64,000 nt of DNA from an uncultured Holophagales bacterium (lineage in GTDB: Bacteria > Acidobacteriota > Thermoanaerobaculia > Multivoradales > UBA5704): NCBI GenBank assembly GCA_963842525.1, contig CAWJGT010000034.1, positions 640,001 to 704,000 on the forward strand. Reading direction: 5' to 3'. Of this stretch, positions 54,444 to 64,000 are shown piece by piece (the first letter of the stretch is position 1; each line of letters opens with the position of its first letter). The notes under the pieces were generated by a model. That model worked only from the letters and a program-made list of their open reading frames with translations. It had not been told where the DNA came from and did no database searches. A program made the position numbers and the translations under genes.

Positions 54444-57400
54444 CGATCTCCTCCTGTTTCTGTCTCGCGGCGCGTCGCTGTCTGCGCAGCTCCGCCTGCC
54501 GCCCGGCCGAGGCGAGACGGCTGACCGCAAGCTGCTCTCCCTGCTCCGCGGGAGAGGTCTCTTCCAGCCCTCCCACCAGATGGGCGGCCAGGGAACCGAG
54601 GGTCGGGTGGCGGAAGAAGTCGGCGATCGAGAGGTCGCCCGGGTAGAGCTCCCGGACCTTGCCGTGCGCGCGCAGCAGACGCAGGGAGTCGCCGCCCAGG
54701 TCGAAGAAGTTATCGTCCACGCCGACCTCGTCGAGCTGCAGCACCTCCCGCCAGACCGCCGCCAGCGCCCGTTCCACCTCGCTACGGGGCGGTACGAAGG
54801 TGGCGGCCGGCAGCGGCCGCTCCGATCCGGGGGTGGCAGGGCCCGGCGGTCCAGCTTGCCGCCCGGCGTCCGGGGCAGGCTCTCCAGAACCTCGAAGGCG
54901 GACGGCACCATGTGCCGCGGCAGGATCTCCAGGAGGAAGGACCGCAGATCACCAGGCTCGGGCCGCTCCCCCTGCCTGGGAACGACGTAGGCGATCAGGC
55001 GCGCGTCGCCGCGCCGCTCCTCCCAGGCGCGGACCGCGGCCTCCCCCACCGCGGGATGCCTGGCCAGCGCCGCTTCCACCTCGCCGGGCTCGATGCGGAA
55101 GCCGCGAACCTTCACCTGGTGATCGAGGCGGCCGAGGTAGTCGACCTCGCCGTCGGGCAGGTGCCGTGCCAGGTCCCCCGTCCGGTACAGCCGCCCGCCC
55201 GGCTCGAGAGCCCAGGGATTGGGGACAAACCGTTCCGCCGTGAGGTCCGGGCGGCCGAGATACCCTCGAGCGAGGCCGTCGCCGCCGACGACGACCTCGC
55301 CCGGCGTGCCGGGCGGGACCGGGCCCAGATTCGCGTCGGTCAGATAGACCCGCACGTTCGCCAGCGGCCGGCCGATCGGGACTGTGGCCCGGGCCCCGCC
55401 CCGCCGGCAGACCCGGAAGGTGGCGTCGATGGCGCACTCGGTCGGCCCGTAGAGGTTGCACAGCTCGGCTTCGAGATCGGCCAGGGCGCGGTCCAGCAGG
55501 TCGGCCGGGAGCACCTCGCCGCCGCAGAAGAGGCGGCGCAGCCCGAGCCCTGCGGTCGGCCGGTCGAGGAAGGGCCCGAGCATCGAGGGGACGAGTTGCA
55601 GGACCGTCACCCCCTGGTCGGCGATCGTCCGCGCCAGCAGCGAAGGATCCTGATGGGCGCCCGGGCTCGCCAGCACCAAGCGAGCCCCGGTGACGAGCGG
55701 TAGAAAAATTTCCCAGAGGGAGGCGTTGAACGCGAGGGGCGTCTTCTGCAGGACGGCGTCGCTCCCGGTCAGGGGGAACGCCTCCCGCATCCAGAGGACG
55801 CGGTTCGCGATGGCGCCGTGCGAGACCATGACGCCCTTGGGCCGGCCCGTCGACCCCGAGGTATAGATCACATAAGCCAAGTCGTGGGGGGAGATGCTAG
55901 CCGGCCCTGGAGGGAAGCTTTCGTCCGGTGGGGCCGCGTCCGGCGCCTCTTCCAGGCGCAGGACCTCGGCTCCGGTAGCCGGGAGCCGCTCGAGCAGCCT
56001 CTCCTGGACCAGCAGGACCGGGGCCCGGGTGTCGTCCAGGAGCAGCCTCAATCGTTCCCGCGGGGAGTCCGGATCGAGCGGCACGAAGGCACCCCCGGCC
56101 TCCAGGATGGCGAGCAGCCCCACCACCATCTCCGGCGAGCGCTCGGCGAGCAACCCCACTGCGACCTCCGGCCCCACGCCGAGCGCGCGGAGCCGGCGGG
56201 CGAGCCGGGCGGTCGCACGGCCGAGCTCCCGGTAGGTGAGCCGCTCGCCTCCGAAGACCAGGGCGACCGCATCCGGCGTGCGCTCCACCTGCCGGCGGAA
56301 CAGGTCGGGGAGACAGCGTTCCCGGAGAGATTCCTCCCGGCGATCGTTCCATTCGATCAGGATCTGGTGCCGCTCCGCTGCGGACAGGAGCGGGAACGCC
56401 TCCGGCCGGATATCGGGCCCTTCGACCAGGGCGCGCAGAGTGTGTAAATACCGGGCGCCGAGCGCGCGGACCTGAGCCTCGGGCAGGACCTGCGAGTCGT
56501 ACTCGAGGTGCAGGTCGAGGCGCGACGGGACGTCCTCGAGCATGAAGTGGACGGACATCGTGAAGCTCGCGCCCTCGGCTCCCCGGCCCCCGAGGACCTC
56601 GATCCGACCCGATTCCAGGAGAGGTCGGACGACGTGAAAATGGATGTAATTGAACGAGACCTCGAACAGCGGCCGCTCGCCCCGCCGCCGCTGCAGGGCC
56701 GCGAAGGGGTAGCGGCGGTGGGCCAGCAGCTCTCGTTCCGCCGCGAAGGTCCGCTCGACCAGGTCCTCACAGGTCCCCGCGTCCAGCCGCAGCCGGAACG
56801 GGAGCGTGTTGAGAAACAGCCCGCGGACCTGGTCGCCGCCGTCCTCCTCCGGCCTGCCGTTCGACACCAGCCCCGTGACCACGTCCGTGCGGCCGCTCAC
56901 CAGGCCCAGCACCTGGCAGTGCGCCGCGAGCAGGAGGCTCTTGAGCGGGACCGCCAGCCTGCGCGCGACAGCCGTGAGCCCGCGGAAGAGAAGGTCCGGG
57001 ATGGGTACGGTGACGTACCGCACGCGCGGGCCCTCCGCTACGCGGGATGAGAGGGGCCAGCGGGGCAACTCGGCGAGCGGGCTGTCGGCGAGGAGCCGGG
57101 CCCAGAACGCCTCGGCCTCGGCCGACGCCTGCGCCTGCCGCTCCAGGTGGACGAAATCGCGGTAGGTGAGCGCCGGGGGAGGCTCCTCCGGCCGCGGCTC
57201 GCCCGCGAGCAATGCGAAGTAGATCTCGCCGATCTCGGCCAGCGTGGAGTGCAGGCTCCAGCCGTCGGCGATGGCGTGGTTCTCGGTCAATGTGAGCTGG
57301 AAGGTCTCGTTCGAGCGCAGGGACACGTGAAGGCGCATCTGCGGCGGCCGCGCGAGATCAAAGAGCCGGGCCCGCTCACGGGCAATGCGCTTCTCGATCG

Positions 57401-60400
57401 CCCTCTCCTGCTCCTCCGGCGTCAGGTTCCGCAGATCCTCCACCTCGACGGGCATCGCCGCCTCCCGATGCACGAGTTGCAGCGGCTCGCTATAGCCCGT
57501 GAGGTCGAAGGAGGTGCGGAGCAGCGGATGGCGGGCGACCACCCGCCGCACCGCCTCCCGAAAAGGCTCCGCCTCGAACCTCCCCCGCAGGTGCCAACTG
57601 TCCACGTTGTGGTAGAGCGGGTCGCCAGCGGAGAGCGCCATGTGATAGAGCATCCCCGCCTGGAGCATCGCCAGAGGGTAGGCGTCCTCCACCTCCATGG
57701 GCAGCCGGGCCCGGTCTGCTGGAGAGGCGAGGGAGAACGGAGAGGTATGGCCCGCAGAGGCGTCGCACACCGGGCCGAGCCGGGCCCCGGCTGCCAGCTC
57801 GGCGCTCGTCTGGCGGCGGAACAGGTCGGCGAGCGTGACGTCCAGGCCCTGTTTCCGCGCCAGGGTCACCGCCCGGAGCCCCAGGATGGAGTCTCCTCCC
57901 AGGACGAAGAAATTATCCTGGACTCCCACCTCGCCGATCCCGAGAAGCTGTCCCCAGATCCCGCACAGCACCTCCTCGGCGGGGGTGCGCGGCGCGACGT
58001 AGCCCACTTCCAGGTCCGGCCGGCCGTCTCCCGGAGACGGGAGGGCACGGCGGTCCAGCTTGCCGTTGGGAGTCAGCGGCAGGGCGTCGAGCTCGACGAA
58101 GGCCGCCGGCACCATGTGCTCCGGCAGCCAGTGCCGGAGGTGCTCCCGCAGCGCCTCCACCCTCGGGGCCCGTCCCTCCACCCCCACGACATAGGCCACG
58201 AGGCGCTTGCCTCCCGCCCCGTCCTCCCGCGCCAGAACCACCGCCTCCCGCACGCCAGGATGGCGGGCGAGCATCGCTTCGATCTCCCCCAGCTCGATGC
58301 GGAACCCCCGCACCTTCACCTGATGGTCGATGCGGCCGAGGAACTCGACCTCCCCTGTGGGGAGGCAACGCGCCAGGTCGCCCGTCCTGTAGAGCCGCCC
58401 GCCGGGCCATCCGCCGCAGGGGTGGGGCACGAACCTCTCCGCCGTGCAGCTCCGGCCGTCCCAGGTAGCCCCGCGCCAGTCCCACGCCGCCGATGCAGAG
58501 CTCCCCGGCACTCCGATCGGCACCTCCCGGAACGCGGCGTCGAGGAGGTGGATCGCGAGGTTGGCGATGGGACGGCCGATCGGCACCGGCCGGTCGTGCT
58601 CTCCGCCGCGGCAGTCGTGGAACGACACGTCCACGGCCGCCTCGGTCGGGCCGTAGAGGTTGTGGAAGCTCTGCCGCGAGACGGGAATGGAAGCGCCGCT
58701 CCAGCTCGCGCGGCAGCGCCTCGCCGCTCGCCATCACCCGGCGCAGGGAACGGCAGCGCTCCAACCCCGGCGTATCCAGGAACGCCTGGAGCATCGAGGG
58801 GACGAAGTGCAGGACGGTGATCCCCTGCTCCTCGATCAGTTCGATGAGGTAGCCGTTGTCCCGGTGCCCTCCGGGGTGCGCCAGCACCAGCCGGGCGCCC
58901 GTCACCAAAGGCCAGAAGAACTCCCAGACCGAGACGTCGAAGCTGAACGGAGTCTTCTGCAGCACCCAGTCCGAGGCCGTAAGCCCGTACATTTCCTGCA
59001 TCCAGAGCAATCGGTTGCAGACCCCCCGGTGGGTGTTCATCGCTCCCTTCGGCTGCCCGGTCGAGCCGGAGGTGTAGATCACATAAACCAAGTCATCCGG
59101 CCCCACACCGGGCTCGGGAGGCTCCGCCTCCGCAGCAGTGTTTTCCTCCAAGCTCGCATCCAACACCATGAGCCGCCCTTCCACCACCGGCAGAAGGCCG
59201 ACCAGGTGCTGCTGCACCAGGACGACAGGCACCTGGCTGTCCTCCAGCAGGAAGGACAGCCGTTGTCGGGGGTATCCCGGGTCCAGAGGTACATAGGCAC
59301 CTCCCGATTTCGCGATCGCGAGCAGACCCACGACCAGCTCCAGCGAACGCTCGGCGCAGATCCCGACCCGGACCTCCGGCCCGACCCCCAGAACGTACAG
59401 CCGGCCGGCCAGGCGGCCAGCCAGTTGGTCGAGCTTCCGATACGACAGGGCCCGATCGTCGCAGGCGACCGCCACCGCATCTGGCGTGCGCCCCACCTGT
59501 GCCTGGACCAGCTCGTGCAAGCAACAGCCGGCCTCCGGGTAGTGCAATGCCGTATCGTTCCACTCCCGAAGCTGCTGGTGGTGCTCGGCCTCACCGAGCA
59601 ATGGCAGGTCCTCGATCCGGGTCTCCGGGGCGACGGCGATCCCTTCCAGCAACCGTGCGAAGTGCCCCAGCAGGCGATCGATCGTCGTCGCGTCGAGCAG
59701 ATCCGTGCTGTACTGGACCGATTCGACCAACCGGTTCCCAGCCTTCTCCATTGAGAGGGTGAGGTCGAACTGGGTGGTGCCGGTGTCCCTCGCGAAGGGC
59801 TGCATACGGAAGCGACCGCCAAACAGTGCACCGGCCTTGACCGGCGTGTTCTGCAGGACGAAGGCAACCTGGAAGAGCGGATTGTGGCTGAGGCTCCGCG
59901 CCAGCCCCATCTCGTCGACCAGCTTCTCGAAGGGGAGGTCCTGGTGGTCGTAGGCGCCGAGGGTTGCGTGAGCGGCCGTATCCAGCGCCTCGCGGAAGGT
60001 GGGGTTCCCCGCCAGATCGTTGCGCAGCACCAGGGTATTGACGAAGAGGCCGATCAGCGGCTCAAGCTCGGCGCGAGTGCGATTGGCGACGGGCGATCCG
60101 ACCACGATGCCGGTCTGGCCGCTATACCGGGCCAGCAGCACCTGGAAAGCCGTCAGCAGTGTGGTGAACAGCGTGGTCCCGGAGTCTCGGCCCAAGCGTT
60201 CAAGGGCCGCAGTGAGATCGGCGCCAAGCACCGCCTCACAAACGGCGCCGCGGAAGCTCTGGGCGGGAGGGCGCGGGCGGTCCGTCGGCAGCTCGAGGAG
60301 CTCGGGAATTCCGGCGAGCTGCCGGCGCCAGTAAGAGAGCTGGCCTTCGAGGACCTCACCCCGTAACCACTCGCGCTGCCAGACAGCGTAGTCCGAGTAC

Positions 60401-61047
60401 TGGACAGGGAGCTCCGATAACGGAGACGGGCGCCCGGCCGCGAAGGCATCGTAGAGGGTCCCCAACTCGTGTAGCAGGTTGGAGATGGACCAACCGTCGA
60501 AGATAGTGTGATGCATGGTGAAGAGTGAGATGTGGTCCCTGGTCCCCATCCACAGCAGGAGTGCCCGCGCCAGCGGGCACGTAGCCAGGTCGAACGGCTG
60601 CCGTGCCTCGTCTTGAGAGAGACTCCGGGCCTCCGCCTCGGCCGCTCTCCCGGGGAGACCTCGGAGGTCCACCAGAGTGAGCGCGAGGTCAGGGGCTGCG
60701 ACAATCACTTGTACCGGTTCGCCGTCCTCGACGGTTAAACGCGTCCGTAGCACCTCATGACGGCGTGCGACCTCGTGCAGGGCGCCAGCGAGCACGCCGG
60801 CGTCGAGAGCCCCATCGAGTCGCACGGCGAGAGGGATGTTGTAGGCCGCGCTTCCAGGCACCAGTCGATCGAGGAACCAGAGCCGCTGCTGGGCGAAAGA
60901 GAGGGGGGGAAGGCTCTGGCCGCTGTGGCGCGGGATCGTCTGCTCCGCCTCGTTATGGACGGCCTGATCGCTCAGCATCTTCAAGAGATGCTGGCGCTTC
61001 TCCGGAGAAAGTCTCCTCAGGAGCTCCGCACGTTCATCGGTCCTCAT
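54436..61047 (-). CDS. NRPS: C-A(Ser)-T-C-A(Gln-like)-T; frameshifts near 58665, 58505, 58445 and 54815
   Basis: C1 HHTIFDG; A1 FDVSVWE/TVLHFVPS; T GGDSI; C2 ENHAIADG; A2 FNASLWE/TVLQLVPS. The last T (GGDSL) is in ORF 54436..54777. Confidence 0.9.
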
Positions 61048-64000
61048 ACGCCCCCCGAGTCCCCGAGATTGCTGGGGATCTCTCCTTCATGGGGTTTCTC
61101 CTCGATGCGTTCGAGCAGTCCGAGCAGCTCGTCCAGCTGTTCAGTGCCAGCCTGCTCAAGCAATGCCTCCTCTACTCTCGCTGCCAGCGCCTCGACGGTT
61201 GGGTGGGCGAACAGGTCGCGCACTTTCAGGCGAACTCCAAAACACTTACGTAACTGCGACATCAGACGCAATGCCGCCAGGGAATCCCCCCCCCGATCAA
61301 AGAAGTTCTCGTAGATCCCGACCTGGTCGGCTGCGAGCACTTCGGCCCAGATCGCCGCGAGCGCCGTTTCCGCGGCGGTCCGTGGAGCCACGAACTCGAC
61401 CTGCCCATTCGGCCGGACAGCATCCGGGTCCAGCAGAGCCCCACGATCGATCTTGCCATTGGCGGTCAGCGGCATCGCTGGAACAAGGATGACCACGGCG
61501 GGGATCATGTACTCGGGGAGCTTCTGTCGAAGCTCCTGTTTGAGCTCAGAGAGCAGATTCGGGTCCGACAGCGACGACTTCGGACTGCTCGCCACCGGAG
61601 TGACATTGCTCTCAAACAGATCGAGACGCTCCTCGATCAAGACCATCGCGGACGGCGTGCCCCGCAGCTCGATATAGGCGACCAGCCGTCGCTCTTCCAG
61701 CCCGTTCTTCTTTGCCAGGACGACCGCCTCCCGTACCATGGGGTGAAGCCGCAGCGCTGCCTCGACCTCTCCGAGCTCGATGCGGAAGCCCCGCACCTTG
61801 ACTTGCTGATCCAGCCGTCCGAGGAACTCGACATTGCCGTCCGACAGCCACCGCACCAGGTCGCCCGTACGGTAGAGGCGGCCTCCCGGCACACCGCCGA
61901 ATAGATCGGGCACGAACTTCTCTGCGGTCAGCTCCGGACGGTCGAGATAGCCGCGAGCCACCCCTTCGCCTCCTATATACAGCTCCCCCGGCACCCCGAC
62001 CGGCACCAGCCTTAGATCCCTGTCCAGCAGATAGAACCTCGCCCCGGCACTCGGTCGGCCGATCGGTACCGAGCCTGTGGCAAGGTCCCCGGCAAACGCC
62101 GTGTACAGGCTGCATCCGACCACGGTCTCCGTCGGTCCATACTCATTGCAGATGACTGTTGCAGGTGCATGCTCCCGCCACAACGCCAGATCATCGCCCA
62201 GCAACGCCTCTCCGCCCAGAACCAAGCTATGGCTCCAGCAAGCCAATTCGTGTGGCAGCACCTGCTGGCCCAGCACTCGGAGATGACTGGGCGTCATCTT
62301 GACGAAGCTCAGATTACGCTCGCTCAACGTTGCACCCAGAGGCTCGATGCTCTCCGGGAACAGCACAACCCGTTGACCTGATAGGAGGGGCACCCACAGA
62401 CTGGTCACCGTCAGATCGAAGGAGATCGACGTATGCAGCAACGATCCGTGCGCCCCCTGGACCGTGTAGGTCCTGAGTGCCCAAACCACATAGTTCGACA
62501 GGCTCCGGTGCGTGACCATGACGCCTTTGGGCCGGCCGGTCGAACCCGAGGTATAGATCACATAGGCCAGGTTCTCGGGCGAACCCTCCTGCAGCCGGGA
62601 CTCGAAAAGGTCAGCACCGAGCCCAATCCCCTCCAACAACACGACCTGGGCGGCCGCGTCCGGCAGTCTCGCCAGCAGATGTCTCTGCACCACCAGCACC
62701 GGCGCAGCAGCGTCCTCCAGCATGAAGGCCAGCCGCTCCCGGGGGTAGTCCGGATCCAGGGGTACATAGGCCCCTCCTGCCTGGAGAATCGCGAGCAGGC
62801 CCTCCACCATCCCCAGAGAACGTTCAGCGCACAGACCCACCGGGACCTCAGGGCCTACCCCCAGGCCTTGCAGGCGGTGAGCCAGACGGGTGGCGCGGCG
62901 GTCCAGCTCGGCATAGGTCAGCAATCCCTCTTCGGAAACCAGCGCCACCGCTTCCGGCGTCAGATCCACCTGTCGTTCGAACAGCTCATGCAGGCGCTGC
63001 GGGCACTCCCGGGACCGGTCTGTAGAATTCCACTCGACCAGGACCTGGAAACACTCCGGCTCGGCAAGCAACGGCAGCTCCGCAAGGCGACCTTCTCCTC
63101 CGACCAGCAGGCGCGCCGTCATGCCTTCCAGCAGGTTGCACAGATTCCTCAGCAGCCGCTCCACTGTGGTCGGATGGAAACGAGAGCCGTCGTACTCGAT
63201 ATCCAGCAACAACTCCTCACCCGGGACGGCCACCAGGTTCAGCGCATAGTTGTTCTGCTCCAAGATCTGTATCTCGACCACTCCCAACCCGACGCCGCCC
63301 TGCCTCAGCGCCACCTCGCGCGGATAGTTCTCAAACCCCAGGATGGTCTCGAACAAGGAACTGCCCCGCGCCACCTCGCTCCATTCCTGGACCCGGACGA
63401 GCGGCGTGTACTCGTACTGACGAAGCTCGGCCTGTCGGTGCTGCAACTCGCGCAACCAGGGCAGGAGCCGGGACTGTCCGCCAACGTCCAGGCGCACCGG
63501 CAGCGTATTGATCAACAGCCCCAACATCGACTCGATCCCTGGCAGCTCGGCCGAACGTCCGGACATCGTTGCACCAAAGACCACCTCGGCCTGCCCGCTG
63601 TAACGCCCCAGCAGGACACCCCAGGCCCCCTGCACCAGCGTGTTGAGCGTGAGCTGCCACCGCCGCGCCTGCCCCTGCAGACTGTCCGCCTGCGCTGCCG
63701 CCAGCCGCACTTGCCTGCGATCGCGGCCTGCAGAGCTCTCCCTTCGGTCCAGCGCCAGAATCGTCGGCTCTGTCCAGCCTGCGAGGGCCCGTCTCCAGAA
63801 CTGCTCGGTGCGCACCAGGTCTTGACGCTGGAGCCAGGCAATGTAGTCTCGATAGCGCGGGCGCGGCTCCAAACGCAGCTCTACACCCCTGCGCAGCGCC
63901 TCGTAGCAGGCCAAAAACTCCGCAGTCAGCGCTGCGGCGGACCAACCGTCGAGCAGGATGTGGTGGTGAGTCCAAAGAAACCAGTGCTCCGACGCGCCTG
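61044..64000 (-). CDS. NRPS, 3' part: C(DCL-like)-A(Asn)-T; begins beyond the window
   Basis: Frame is open to the window edge with WTHHHILLDGWS. The A domain has FDLTVT/FVKMTPSH/NEYGPTETVVG (code about DLTKLGEVGK); T GGDSL. Confidence 0.9.
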   Translation of the reverse strand, partial: GASEHWFLWTHHHILLDGWSAAALTAEFLACYEALRRGVELRLEPRPRYRDYIAWLQRQDLVRTEQFWRRALAGWTEPTILALDRRESSAGRDRRQVRLAAAQADSLQGQARRWQLTLNTLVQGAWGVLLGRYSGQAEVVFGATMSGRSAELPGIESMLGLLINTLPVRLDVGGQSRLLPWLRELQHRQAELRQYEYTPLVRVQEWSEVARGSSLFETILGFENYPREVALRQGGVGLGVVEIQILEQNNYALNLVAVPGEELLLDIEYDGSRFHPTTVERLLRNLCNLLEGMTARLLVGGEGRLAELPLLAEPECFQVLVEWNSTDRSRECPQRLHELFERQVDLTPEAVALVSEEGLLTYAELDRRATRLAHRLQGLGVGPEVPVGLCAERSLGMVEGLLAILQAGGAYVPLDPDYPRERLAFMLEDAAAPVLVVQRHLLARLPDAAAQVVLLEGIGLGADLFESRLQEGSPENLAYVIYTSGSTGRPKGVMVTHRSLSNYVVWALRTYTVQGAHGSLLHTSISFDLTVTSLWVPLLSGQRVVLFPESIEPLGATLSERNLSFVKMTPSHLRVLGQQVLPHELACWSHSLVLGGEALLGDDLALWREHAPATVICNEYGPTETVVGCSLYTAFAGDLATGSVPIGRPSAGARFYLLDRDLRLVPVGVPGELYIGGEGVARGYLDRPELTAEKFVPDLFGGVPGGRLYRTGDLVRWLSDGNVEFLGRLDQQVKVRGFRIELGEVEAALRLHPMVREAVVLAKKNGLEERRLVAYIELRGTPSAMVLIEERLDLFESNVTPVASSPKSSLSDPNLLSELKQELRQKLPEYMIPAVVILVPAMPLTANGKIDRGALLDPDAVRPNGQVEFVAPRTAAETALAAIWAEVLAADQVGIYENFFDRGGDSLAALRLMSQLRKCFGVRLKVRDLFAHPTVEALAARVEEALLEQAGTEQLDELLGLLERIEEKPHEGEIPSNLGDSGGV

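Noticed and set aside
47514-58634. 3706-aa single NRPS-PKS ORF
   Set aside because: It reads out-of-frame through the last T domain (true frame 54436..54777 ends in a stop) and into a separate gene with its own RBS and ATG at 54443.

Overview
High-GC bacterial DNA. The gene content (CRTAC1/FG-GAP proteins, a Ser/Thr kinase with beta-propeller repeats, NB-ARC-TPR) resembles Acidobacteriota/Thermoanaerobaculia-type genomes, but this is inference only. About 14 single-base frameshifts or in-frame stops interrupt otherwise intact genes, which looks like long-read indel error, so I rebuilt the genes across them. Layout: (1) 1-1580, the 3' part of an NB-ARC+TPR gene, followed by a GTAG-type REP doublet. 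(2) 1899-27642, a roughly 26 kb minus-strand locus in two blocks. The first is a secreted/periplasmic block: five FG-GAP/ASPIC-UnbV proteins, a TPR protein, a membrane-anchored 5-heme cytochrome c-TPR protein and a SnoaL-like cyclase. The second is an unusual lipid/polyketide operon: ACP, KS, Cys-less KS (CLF-like), a divergent HMG-CoA-reductase-like enzyme, an SDR-like/PlsC fusion, a CrtI-family oxidoreductase, a flavin halogenase-like enzyme and a carotenoid cleavage oxygenase. (3) 27789-36200, a mixed region: nitrilase-family gene, kinase, an orphan DUF1778 antitoxin between 206-bp direct repeats, a secreted alpha/beta hydrolase, a small hypothetical gene followed by a 20-bp-period AAGCTT array, and a deleted CmlA-like remnant. 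(4) 36319-64000, the 3' end of a hybrid NRPS-PKS cluster (six NRPS modules, one KS-AT-KR-ACP module, TE) with a TauD/SyrP-like dioxygenase and two tandem GT2 genes. The best candidates for undescribed biology are the KS/CLF operon built from isoprenoid- and carotenoid-family enzymes, the FG-GAP/multiheme complex, the REP hairpins translated in-frame at gene starts, and the 20-bp array. All calls come from motifs read by eye; no database searches were run.
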